64,000 nt of DNA from Candidatus Latescibacterota bacterium (GTDB lineage Bacteria > Latescibacterota > UBA2968 > UBA8231): NCBI GenBank assembly GCA_965261395.1, contig OZ253462.1:3968001-4032000 (forward strand), in the 5' to 3' direction. Positions 30,604-39,890 of the stretch are shown here, piece after piece (position 1 is the stretch's first letter; every line of letters starts with the position of its first letter). The translations under genes were made by a program, and so were the position numbers. The notes under the pieces are model-generated. The model ran no database searches. It saw only the letters and a program-made list of their open reading frames with translations, and was not told the DNA's origin.

Positions 30604-33200
30604 TGGTGAATAAGAACATCTTCAAAACCGACTTTATCAAAAAAACCACTCCTAGCGATCCAGAGACGCTGTTTCTCAGCTTACGAGGACGAGCTCTAGA
30701 GATTAAACACTTGTGGTCCCACCAAGCTGATTTATTGAGAATTTATCACCAAGAATGTTGTAATATACGTAATGTGGCTGTGGAACTCCCTACCGGAGCA
30801 GGGAAGACGCTTGTAGGATTGCTGATCGCAGAATGGCGCCGTCAGTCTCTTGGTACTCGTGTAGCCTATCTTTGCCCCACTATCCAGCTTGCTCGACAGG
30901 TCGGCTCTCAGGCAGATGCTTATGGGATTCAAGCACATGTGTTGGTTGGAAAACAGAGTGATTACCCACAGAGAGAATTTAACGAATATCAATTGGGTCA
31001 CTCTATCGCAGTAACCACCTATAGCGCGGTTTTCAATACCAATCCTCGAATAAAGGATGCCCAGACTTTGATTCTGGACGATGCTCATGCAGGCGAGAAT
31101 TTCATGGTCAGTATGTGGTCAGTGGAAATATTACGTTCAGACATTTCGGGGACCTACCACGCTCTCGTAGAACTTCTACGTAATGAATTGGATTCAGGAT
31201 TTTATTCAGATATTTCAGAGCACACTGACTGGAACCCCACAAAGGCTGGCATAATCGAACTGGTCCCTGCTACTTCAATCCGTAAACACGCAAATGCGAT
31301 TAGAGATTTACTTGATGGGATTCTACAAGAAAATCGATCTCCGAGGTATGCGTGGAATGTTGTCAAAGATCATCTTGCAGCCTGTAACTTTTTCATTTCT
31401 TGGAATTCAATTCTCATCCGACCATTCATCCCGCCAACTCAAACTCATGCCCCCTTTTCGCAAGCAAGTCAACGAGTTTATATGTCGGCGACTCTGGGGG
31501 CTGGTGGGGAATTGGAACGTATTACGGGTGTCAAGTCAATCAGGAGATTGCCACTTCCCGCAGGATGGGACAGGCAAGGCAGCGGACGACGGCTATTTCT
31601 CATCCCTGAACTTGGGATGCCCAATGAGGAGATGATCAAAGTTGTAGAAGGTGCGGTACAGAAGTTTGGCCGAAGCCTCATTCTCGTACCGAGTCGATAT
31701 GACTCTGAAGGAACAGAACTGGTCAACGCCGTTGAGCAATTAGATATTGAGATTCTCCGTGCTTCTAACATAGAGAATAGCCTTGAGCCATTTCTGAAAA
31801 ATGAGAAAGCAGCTCTGCTGCTTTCTCGCTACGATGGTTTAGACTTGCCAGATGAAGCGTGTCGTCTGCTTGTAATTGGCGGCCTGCCTAGTGGAACGAA
31901 TCTACAAGAGATGTTTCTGTGGGCCAAAATCGCGGCGTCTTCTCTATTGAGAGATCGCGTGGTAACACGCTTTACTCAGGGGGTCGGTCGCTGTACACGC
32001 TCTGACAATGACTATGCGGTTGTATTCTTGATCGGGCGGCGGTTGGTTGATTTTATTCTAAAAAGTGAAAATCGTCGCATTTTGAATCCCGAGCTACAAG
32101 CGGAACTTGAATTCGGTATAGAAAACTCAAGAGACAAAAGTGTCGAAGATTTTAAAAACTTGTGGAAAGCGTTCTTGTCAATGGGTGACGATTGGGAATA
32201 CGCAGAGGATGCGATACTCACCCTTCGTGATAATTATTCTCGTCACAATGATCCGGTATCACAACAACTAAACTCTGTCGTTGCTGACGAGGTTGCATAT
32301 CTCTATGCAATTTGGTCTGATGATTTTGAGGTCGCACTTGAATATGCAAGAAAGGTCGCAGACGCACTCGATGGCGATGAAGTAAAGGCATATCGGGCTT
32401 GGTGGTACTACCTCTCGTCCGAAGCCGCGATGGCTCTCCATGAGGCCACTAAAGAGGAAGCCTATCAAGACACCGCTCGCGATTTACTGAAACGTGCCTC
32501 AAGATGTTGTATCGGCGTCAGTTGGTTTGCACGTTTAGGGCGGTCATTGGGTCCGAAGTACGAAACGCCAGAAGTTGATGAGATGTCTGCGGTAGCTGTG
32601 GAGACAATCCGGGAATATTTGGCTAATTTGGGTGCTGTTGGAGGGCAGTTTGAGAAAAAACTCAGCCAGGTCAAGGAGAATCTCCAGTCCACTAACCACA
32701 AGGCATTTCATCAAGGTCTCAAAGGACTCGGCGAGATGCTGGGGTTCCAGGCAGAATTACCTGAAGGGAATGCTGCACCTGACTGCATTTGGTCCATTAG
32801 AAACCTCGTCTATGTTGTACATGAGGCGAAATCAGAACACACGTCAAAGGAGCCGATAGGCGTCAGGGACATCCGACAGGCTCAAAGCCATGCCAAATGG
32901 ATTCGTGCTAATCGGAAATGTGAAGCCAATACCGAGGTTTTGTGTCTAATTGAAAGTCCTCGCACGACAGTTGATCAAGAAGCCATTGTTCACGCTGATT
33001 CTCTTCGCCATATCACACCTAGACAATTGAAAGAAATCTTTGATAAAATCGCTGCAATTCTCCGTCGAGTTAGGTCGAAATTGGTCGATCTCAGTGACGA
33101 GAAAGTTCTTGAGGAACTGTTCCGCGAGCTATCAGAAGGCAACCTTGTTCCTAGGCAATTACTGGACCGTCTATCCCAGAAGCTAGTCAAAGACATGTAA
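30600..33200 (+). CDS. Hna-like SF2 helicase with C-terminal PD-(D/E)XK nuclease
   Basis: ELPTGAGKT, DDAH, MSAT, QGVGRCTR helicase motifs; C-terminal APDCIW...HEAKS; visibly more AT-rich than flanks. Confidence 0.7.
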   Translation: MMVNKNIFKTDFIKKTTPSDPETLFLSLRGRALEIKHLWSHQADLLRIYHQECCNIRNVAVELPTGAGKTLVGLLIAEWRRQSLGTRVAYLCPTIQLARQVGSQADAYGIQAHVLVGKQSDYPQREFNEYQLGHSIAVTTYSAVFNTNPRIKDAQTLILDDAHAGENFMVSMWSVEILRSDISGTYHALVELLRNELDSGFYSDISEHTDWNPTKAGIIELVPATSIRKHANAIRDLLDGILQENRSPRYAWNVVKDHLAACNFFISWNSILIRPFIPPTQTHAPFSQASQRVYMSATLGAGGELERITGVKSIRRLPLPAGWDRQGSGRRLFLIPELGMPNEEMIKVVEGAVQKFGRSLILVPSRYDSEGTELVNAVEQLDIEILRASNIENSLEPFLKNEKAALLLSRYDGLDLPDEACRLLVIGGLPSGTNLQEMFLWAKIAASSLLRDRVVTRFTQGVGRCTRSDNDYAVVFLIGRRLVDFILKSENRRILNPELQAELEFGIENSRDKSVEDFKNLWKAFLSMGDDWEYAEDAILTLRDNYSRHNDPVSQQLNSVVADEVAYLYAIWSDDFEVALEYARKVADALDGDEVKAYRAWWYYLSSEAAMALHEATKEEAYQDTARDLLKRASRCCIGVSWFARLGRSLGPKYETPEVDEMSAVAVETIREYLANLGAVGGQFEKKLSQVKENLQSTNHKAFHQGLKGLGEMLGFQAELPEGNAAPDCIWSIRNLVYVVHEAKSEHTSKEPIGVRDIRQAQSHAKWIRANRKCEANTEVLCLIESPRTTVDQEAIVHADSLRHITPRQLKEIFDKIAAILRRVRSKLVDLSDEKVLEELFRELSEGNLVPRQLLDRLSQKLVKDM

Positions 33201-33254
33201 ATCACGGTGGTGAAGGAAGCAAAGACAGGAAGGGATGGGAATAAAACTTGAGGA

Positions 33255-35294
33255 ATGAATGAATACCAGATGGTAAAAAATGGACTCACGAGTAACTGGC
33301 GTGACCAGATTCTCCGCGAATTCACGCCCAACGTAGCCCGTCTGACACTGGTCGCCGACCCTGACGGGCTACTTTTGGAAGAAGGCATTCTTGCGGGCAT
33401 ACGCGAGCGAGGATTTGAACTGATTCCGTTCGAGGATCATATCGCCTTTCGGTATGCCTACGAGACCAAGTTCCGTTCCCGTTGGGATCGAGGCGAGCAA
33501 ACAGAACTGGTGGTCGTACTGCACTCCGAGGCCCGTGACCTTAATAGCTTGCCATACGACCTGCTTCAGGCTGGTCGTCGGCTGTCATTCAGCTTGGGCG
33601 AGATTTTCCCCAACCTGAGCTATCCGGTTGTGGCCGCCTTGGACCGGCGAGACTTGGACGCGCTGGACGATGCCCAAGAGCAGTACGCGCCCGATGTGCT
33701 GGGAGACAACGCGACCATAAAATTTGTCCTGCGGCATGTCTTCGATATTGAGCCTGAACTCATCAAGGAGCCATCCGATTTGTTGCGCGTGCTGCTGCGC
33801 CGCCATCACCGAGAACAGCGGGTTCCGGCTTTGTTGGACGAGCGATTTGTCCAGTTGCTTCGCCAGCAGCATGGCTTTGAAGACTGGCCACTCGAAACGA
33901 TCATTTCAGACCGGCAGGCATTTTTCGCCTTTCTCCAAGAACGCTGGCCCATTTTTCTCGACCGGGCAGCGAGCGAAGAAGGTCTCGGCGTTCGGGAGCG
34001 CACGGAACCTTATGCTTTAGAGTTTTCCGGCCCTACGGATTTGCCATTCGATCACGACGATATCCGTATTTATATAGACAACCTGTTTCTTGAAGGACTG
34101 CTTGAAGCCGTTCCATACGAACAGGCCGAATCGTTGTCAAAGCCTTGGCTCGTTATTGGCATCCGAAGGGATGAGCAGGCGGACCGAGAGCGCCGCGTGG
34201 ATGGCCTGCTCTGCACTTTGGCCTCCACTATTCCGCAAGAGGATGCACAACACGACGATTGGTTCCGCTTTGCCAAGACTTGGGCCGAACTGGTGGCCTT
34301 ATCTATGGAATCGGATGCGATTTTGCCAGAGCCTGTACGTCAAAAGATGGAGACGTTGCAAGCACGAATTGACGATGCACTTGTATCTTGGCTGGCAAAC
34401 CGCTATGCGGGATTGAGCAGTCTGCCGCCAGTTCCGCCGGTCATGCTGCACCACATTCCCCGTTTCCTTGCTAGGCATGTCAAGGATGCCAAGGAACACA
34501 AGGTGGCGTTCGTCCTAGTAGATGGCCTTTCGCTAGATCAGTGGATCGTCGCCCGCAAGGAGCTTGCCAAGCAACGCCCCGAGTACCGTTTCCGAGAGCA
34601 CGCGGTGTTTGCTTGGATACCCACCATCACCTCGGTTTCGCGCCAGGCAGCCTTTGCCGGCAAGCTACCTAGCTACTTTCCAAACAGTATTGACACCACG
34701 AACAAGGAGCCAGCCTTATGGACGAAATTTTGGGTGGACCAAGGGCTGACACAGCAAGAAGTCGGATATGCCAAAGGGCTTGGGGACGGTGCACTGGATC
34801 GCGTAGAGGAGATGATTGCTCGACCACGGATGCGCGTCGTTGGTTTGGTTGTTGACAAAGTAGATAGGATCATGCACGGCATGGAGCTTGGCACTGCGGG
34901 GATGCACAATCAAGTTCGGCAGTGGGCCAATCAACCGTTCATGGGGAACCTCATTGACCTGTTGCTGGATAATGGATTCCGCGTCCACCTATCTTCGGAT
35001 CATGGAAACATCGAAGCCGCCGGATGCGGGCGACCTACCGAGGGCGCAGTTGCAGACCAGCGTGGTGAACGGGCGCGCGTGTACTCCAATTCAGTGCTGC
35101 GGGGCCGAGTCAAAGAGCGATTCCTTGACGCCTTGGAATGGCCGTCGATTGGGCTGCCGGAAGACTATTTACCTCTACTGGCTCCTGGCCGTTCTGCATT
35201 CGTCCATGAGGGCGAACGCCTTGTCGGCCATGGTGGCGCATCGCTTGAAGAACTCATTGTCCCCTTTGTGCAGATCGACAGGAGGGGGCCATGA
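33255..35294 (+). CDS. pglZ: BREX-3 phosphatase PglZ
   Basis: WRDQIL...LTLVADPDGLL N-terminus; VDGLSLDQW, PTITSVSRQA, SSDHGN, HGGASLEELIVP. Confidence 0.92.
   Translation: MNEYQMVKNGLTSNWRDQILREFTPNVARLTLVADPDGLLLEEGILAGIRERGFELIPFEDHIAFRYAYETKFRSRWDRGEQTELVVVLHSEARDLNSLPYDLLQAGRRLSFSLGEIFPNLSYPVVAALDRRDLDALDDAQEQYAPDVLGDNATIKFVLRHVFDIEPELIKEPSDLLRVLLRRHHREQRVPALLDERFVQLLRQQHGFEDWPLETIISDRQAFFAFLQERWPIFLDRAASEEGLGVRERTEPYALEFSGPTDLPFDHDDIRIYIDNLFLEGLLEAVPYEQAESLSKPWLVIGIRRDEQADRERRVDGLLCTLASTIPQEDAQHDDWFRFAKTWAELVALSMESDAILPEPVRQKMETLQARIDDALVSWLANRYAGLSSLPPVPPVMLHHIPRFLARHVKDAKEHKVAFVLVDGLSLDQWIVARKELAKQRPEYRFREHAVFAWIPTITSVSRQAAFAGKLPSYFPNSIDTTNKEPALWTKFWVDQGLTQQEVGYAKGLGDGALDRVEEMIARPRMRVVGLVVDKVDRIMHGMELGTAGMHNQVRQWANQPFMGNLIDLLLDNGFRVHLSSDHGNIEAAGCGRPTEGAVADQRGERARVYSNSVLRGRVKERFLDALEWPSIGLPEDYLPLLAPGRSAFVHEGERLVGHGGASLEELIVPFVQIDRRGP
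33288..33368 (+). repeat. Direct repeat C copy 1 (pglZ 5' end)
   Basis: Aligns to 41173-41253 with 5 mismatches in 81 bp; last ~50 bp identical. Confidence 0.92.
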
Positions 35295-36037
35295 ACGGCC
35301 GGCAAGCCCAGATTGGCTTCAGTCAACGTATCCGACTTGAGTGGTTCGAGCAGACAGCTAATATGATACTGGCTGGAAACGATAAGACTGCCATCAACGA
35401 CTCTCTGCAAGCTCTTCTGGAAGATAAGATCTCAGTAGGCGGTCAGGCCGTCAGAGGCGGCAGGGAGAAAGTGATTACCATCCTGTTGAAGACTTGGTTG
35501 ACCGTACCTCGTGAATTAGAGACGCTGCGGGACGAGGGCTTGGACATCTTCCAGAGGCTACCTCGTAAAGAACGCATTGTTATTCACTGGGGCATGGTCT
35601 TGGCAGTCTATCCGTTTTGGGGTGCAATCGCCGCTGATACTGGCAGGCTTCTACGCCTACAGGGCACAGCCGCAGCAGCCCATGTTCAGCGACGGGTCAA
35701 GGAGCAATACGGAGAGCGCGAAGCCGCGTCACGGGCTGCCCGGCGTGTGCTTCGATCATTCATCGATTGGGGAGTTTTGAACGAGACGGGGGACAAAGGC
35801 GTCTATGCCCAAGGGGAACAGTACTCCGTTGAGGAACCTAGGCTTATCGCCTGGCTAATGGAGGCGTCTCTCCGCTCCCGTGTGCATAGGGCTGCCGCCA
35901 TTAAGGATCTGCTCGAAAGTCCAAGCATCTTTCCGTTTCAATTAGCCCACATCTCAGCCGAGCAGGTGGCGTCCCTATCCCCTCGCTTAGACATCCTACG
36001 ACACGGTCTGGATGACGATCTGGTGATGCTACCGTGA
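35291..36037 (+). CDS. brxA: BREX-3 BrxA-like protein
   Basis: ATGA-coupled to pglZ, terminal position of the type 3 layout; IGFSQRIRLEW, HWGM...YPF, YGERE..SRAARRVLRSFIDWG. Confidence 0.65.
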   Translation: MNGRQAQIGFSQRIRLEWFEQTANMILAGNDKTAINDSLQALLEDKISVGGQAVRGGREKVITILLKTWLTVPRELETLRDEGLDIFQRLPRKERIVIHWGMVLAVYPFWGAIAADTGRLLRLQGTAAAAHVQRRVKEQYGEREAASRAARRVLRSFIDWGVLNETGDKGVYAQGEQYSVEEPRLIAWLMEASLRSRVHRAAAIKDLLESPSIFPFQLAHISAEQVASLSPRLDILRHGLDDDLVMLP

Positions 36038-36116
36038 CTACCGGACAAGTCCCCAAGTCCACTTCAGCGATACCAGACAACGGATAAGGGCGAACCAACT
36101 TCGGAGATAGGTAGTC

Positions 36117-36494
36117 ATGTCGAGACTCGAAACACCCCTCACACGACGCTATTGGCGAGAGATCGGCGGCACCCTGATAGAGGAGTTCCCGGCCGTCCGT
36201 TCTGGCCCGAATCAAGGTAGGAGATTGCTTGATGGCGTCGTGCTCTTGGATTCTCCACACTTGATTGCGAACCATCGGGAAGTTGAAATCGAGAATCGAG
36301 ATATTGTGGTGATTCAAACAAAGGCCAGCCGACTGGGCATGTATCTCCTGGGTCAGGCGCTATTCTCGCGACATCTGATGATGCCGTTTCGGCCCAGTAG
36401 CGTAGACACGGTTGCAATTTGCACCAAAGGTGATGCCGTGCTGGAACCTTTGGCTGCGGAATATGGAATAAAGGTGGTGGTGTACCAGGACTAA
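36117..36494 (+). CDS. Small putative PD-(D/E)XK-fold nuclease
   Basis: RRLLDGVVL...IVVIQTKASRL...LLGQAL resembles the D...(E/Q)xK...GQ pattern of NucS/Mrr-like nucleases. Confidence 0.5.
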   Translation: MSRLETPLTRRYWREIGGTLIEEFPAVRSGPNQGRRLLDGVVLLDSPHLIANHREVEIENRDIVVIQTKASRLGMYLLGQALFSRHLMMPFRPSSVDTVAICTKGDAVLEPLAAEYGIKVVVYQD

Positions 36495-36709
36495 CTCAGC
36501 AGGCGTGCCGAGGTCTTGTCGGTCTCTTCGGCCTGCACGCTCGGGGCTTGGTGCGATACGGATTGAGGTAGCGACAGGCCATCAAACCGTATTGGGAGTC
36601 CTGCCGAAGAAGCCGCAAACCCTCTTCAGGGAGCTTGTCCGGCCCGTGCGAGCGTTTATCGCCTTGACAGAGAGTCCAAAAAAGAGGCTTTATTTTCCTT
36701 ATACTCGAT

Positions 36710-37023
36710 AAGGTCGAGCATCGCGGCCAAGCGGAAAACGGCCAGGCGGCAGTGGAGATCATCATGGCCATGTACGAGTCGGCGCGACTACACGAGGTGC
36801 CCGCGCTGCCTTTGCGGACGATGGCTTCACCGCTGGAAGTGATGATCGAGGCAGGAGATTTGCCGGTAGAGCGCCCAGGCCGCTACGACATCCGCGCCTT
36901 CCTGCTGCGCGGCGAGGATATGCAGCCTTAGAACCAGACGAAAATTGAAACCCACAGGAGAAAGGTAATGGCGGACTCTCTTGCCGATCAGATCATGAGA
37001 AAGGTCGGGCCGGCCGCCAGTCT
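36710..37023 (+). pseudogene. Direct repeat A copy 2: orphan gfo 3' end plus truncated brxF start (ATG 36968)
   Basis: About 94% identical to 21451-21764; brxF similarity stops after 18-19 codons. Confidence 0.92.
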
Positions 37024-37025
37024 AA

Positions 37026-37125
37026 AGCTGTCGCGGGAAAAATCCCGGAGACGATCCTCCAAGAGGATTCTAAACTCCTCATGTGGTATGACCAAGCAAT
37101 AACACGAATGGGAGATGAGGCATGA
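37026..37125 (+). pseudogene. Direct repeat B copy 2: orphan pglX C-terminus
   Basis: Encodes AVAGKIPETILQEDSKLLMWYDQAITRMGDEA* versus AVAEKIPETILQEDSKLLMWYDQALTRTGEDG*; its stop overlaps ATG 37122. Confidence 0.9.
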
Positions 37126-39890
37126 AAGAGTGGGGCTGGAACGGTGCGCGTTGGTGGAAGTGTGATTTTCACACGCATACCCCGGCATCCAACGATTATG
37201 GGAAGGGCCAGAAGCAGACGGCTCTTCAGGAGCGATCCCCCAAGGAATGGCTGCTCGACTACATGCGTGCCGGCGTTGATTGTATTGCGATCACAGACCA
37301 TAACACCGGGGCGTGGATCGACGTACTGCGAAACGCCATGGAAGAGCTGATAGAGGATGGCCATTCAGATTACCGCAAACTGTATATTTTTTCTGGAATG
37401 GAAATCTCTATATCTGGCGGAATCCATTTGCTTGCGATTTTCGATCCTTCAAAGACATCTTCGGACCTTGACGCCCTTCGAGGCGCAGTGGAGTATGGAG
37501 GAACGCCGGGGCAAAGCGATGACGTCACACGCAAGGCGTTCGTCGACGTAATCAACACAGTCACTTCAGCCGGAGGTATAGCGATCCCTGCTCACGTGGA
37601 TGAGGAAAGTGGGCTTTTTCATCGACAGAAGGGGAATACACTAGATCAGGCATTGAACTGCAAAGATATCTTCGCCATGGAGTTGGTGGACCCAGCGTCT
37701 GAGAAACCACAGCTTTATATTGACAAAGGCCTACGCTGGGCTGAAATCCTTGGTTCAGACTCCCATCATCCTTCCGGTGTCGCGGGACAGTCATATCCGG
37801 GCAGCCACTTTACTTGGGTCAAGATGGGGTCGCCCAGCGTGGAGGGATTGCGGTTAGCCTTGTTGGACGGAGAGCTTTCCGTACGTCGGTCCGACCAGGA
37901 TACGGATGACCCAAACGAACACGCACCGTTGGTGTTGGATTCTATTGAGGTTTCGCAAGCGCGCTACATGGGTTGCTCCCAAATCTTCACTATTGGGTTC
38001 AACCCATGGTTCAACGCTATCATCGGAGGCCGAGGCACAGGTAAATCGACTGTTGTCGAGTTCCTTCGTACTGCCCTTCGACGGGAGGCTGAATTGCCGG
38101 AGACGTTGCAACCGGAGTTCGAACAGTATAACCGAGTCTATCAAGACCGAGAAGACAGCGGACTGCTTACAGAAGATGCTGCCATCCGAGTGATTTGCCG
38201 AAAAGACAGCGACCGGTTTCGCGTCCAGTGGAATAAGGCCGGCGGCCTTGAACCTATTGAACAAGAAGTGAATGGACAATGGCAGCGCGCAGAAGGCGAT
38301 ATTCAGCAACGATTTCCCGTGCGAATCTACAGTCAGAAGCAAGTGTTCCAACTCGCCAGAACTCCGCTTGCGTTGCTTAAAAATATCGATGAGGCCCCAG
38401 AGGTTGGTTACCATTCTTGGTCTGAAAAATGGAAAGTGCAGGAAAGCCGCTTTCTTTCTCTGCGTGCTAAGGCTAGAGAAATCAAGGTCGGTCCTGGCGA
38501 GGAGCAGCGTCTTCGGGGAGAGCTGGACGACGTGGAACGAAAACTGGCGATTTTTGAACAGTCGGGACACACCGAAATCCTAAAGTCCTTCCAAAAACGG
38601 AAACGCCAGCAGCGGGATGTCGAGGTATGGGAAGAAAGCTGGACTGGCGTGGGAGAGCAGTTGCGCGAAGTCGCGGCTGAAATAGTACCGGATCTGCTGG
38701 ATGAAACTTCTTTCGACTCAGATGCAGCGTCAGACAATGAATTGCAGAGACGTGCTGCTAAGACGCACGACCATCTAAACAAAATCCGCAAAGCGGTCGA
38801 AGTGCTTGCATCGCAAGCGGATGACATTGTCATCGAGTGGCAGAAAAGCAGGGATGAGTCGTCTTGGAAACAGAGCGTTGAGGCTGCCGCGCAAGCCTAC
38901 CAGGAATTGACAGAGAATCTGTCCCGAGAAGGGGCTGGCGACCCTGCGGCCTACGGCGAACTTGTACAGCGTCGGCAAGTCATTGAGCAACGGCTTTCGG
39001 AAGTGGACGAACGTAAAAAACAGGTTGATGATCTGAATAATCAGGCAGATGCACACTTGCAGCATTTGCTGGAAATTCGCCGGGAGTTGACGGCGTCTCG
39101 TCGATCATTTCTCAATTCCGTCCTAAGCGACAACCCATATATCCAGATACAGGTCGCCCCTTATGGTGCCCGCGAGACGGTCGAAAGCGAGTTTCGCCGA
39201 TTGCTCCAAAGAGAGGATGGGACGTTTGAGAAAGACATTGGATCGCCGAATGACGGGGGATTGCTTGGCGAACTTTATGAGCAGGATGCCGGTGCCGAGG
39301 TGATTGAAGAGAATCTTTTGAACATCAAGACCCGTGTCACAGAGATCGCGTTGGGTGAATACGGCACGGGAACAGTGGCAGATCGGCGTTTTGCCAACCA
39401 TGTAGGCAATCTCCCGCCTGAAGCTATTGATCGCCTTGACCTGTGGTTTCCAGAGGATTCTTTAGAGGTCCAATACAGCGCAAGGGGCGATGGACAGCGT
39501 TTTCGCTCAATACAAGAAGGTTCGCCTGGTCAGAAGACCGCAGCGCTCTTGGCGTTTCTGCTTTCCTACGGAAACGAACCACTGATCTTAGACCAGCCGG
39601 AGGACGATTTGGACAACCACCTGATCTACGGTTTGATCGTGACCCAATTGCGGGCGATCAAACGCCGTCGGCAGGTCATTGTGGTCACGCACAACGCGAA
39701 TATAGCCGTCAACGGTGACGCCGAATTGGTAGTAGCCCTCACAGCACGCGGCAGGGAAACGCAGAAAGAGTGCGAAGGCAGCCTGCAAGAGCAACAGGTG
39801 AGAGAGACCATTTGTGCAGTGATGGAGGGTGGTCGTAAGGCCTTTGAGGATCGGTATCGCCGCATTGCGCTGGAAGGACGCTATGTTTAA
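37122..39890 (+). CDS. PHP domain + ABC/SMC-type ATPase (TrlF family, Ppl-like defence protein)
   Basis: PHP motifs DFHTHT, ITDHN, PAH, GSDSH; GGRGTGKST, coiled coil, SPGQK, LILDQPEDDLD, VTHN. Confidence 0.85.
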   Translation: MKEWGWNGARWWKCDFHTHTPASNDYGKGQKQTALQERSPKEWLLDYMRAGVDCIAITDHNTGAWIDVLRNAMEELIEDGHSDYRKLYIFSGMEISISGGIHLLAIFDPSKTSSDLDALRGAVEYGGTPGQSDDVTRKAFVDVINTVTSAGGIAIPAHVDEESGLFHRQKGNTLDQALNCKDIFAMELVDPASEKPQLYIDKGLRWAEILGSDSHHPSGVAGQSYPGSHFTWVKMGSPSVEGLRLALLDGELSVRRSDQDTDDPNEHAPLVLDSIEVSQARYMGCSQIFTIGFNPWFNAIIGGRGTGKSTVVEFLRTALRREAELPETLQPEFEQYNRVYQDREDSGLLTEDAAIRVICRKDSDRFRVQWNKAGGLEPIEQEVNGQWQRAEGDIQQRFPVRIYSQKQVFQLARTPLALLKNIDEAPEVGYHSWSEKWKVQESRFLSLRAKAREIKVGPGEEQRLRGELDDVERKLAIFEQSGHTEILKSFQKRKRQQRDVEVWEESWTGVGEQLREVAAEIVPDLLDETSFDSDAASDNELQRRAAKTHDHLNKIRKAVEVLASQADDIVIEWQKSRDESSWKQSVEAAAQAYQELTENLSREGAGDPAAYGELVQRRQVIEQRLSEVDERKKQVDDLNNQADAHLQHLLEIRRELTASRRSFLNSVLSDNPYIQIQVAPYGARETVESEFRRLLQREDGTFEKDIGSPNDGGLLGELYEQDAGAEVIEENLLNIKTRVTEIALGEYGTGTVADRRFANHVGNLPPEAIDRLDLWFPEDSLEVQYSARGDGQRFRSIQEGSPGQKTAALLAFLLSYGNEPLILDQPEDDLDNHLIYGLIVTQLRAIKRRRQVIVVTHNANIAVNGDAELVVALTARGRETQKECEGSLQEQQVRETICAVMEGGRKAFEDRYRRIALEGRYV

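Noticed and set aside
36664-36705. TTGACA and TATACT upstream of repeat A copy 2 as a sigma70 promoter
   Set aside because: Spacing is about 30 bp, far from 16-18 bp.
36968-37102. Possible BrxF-PglX fusion peptide in the skeleton copy
   Set aside because: The brxF head and pglX tail are in different frames; the brxF frame stops at TAA after about 44 codons.
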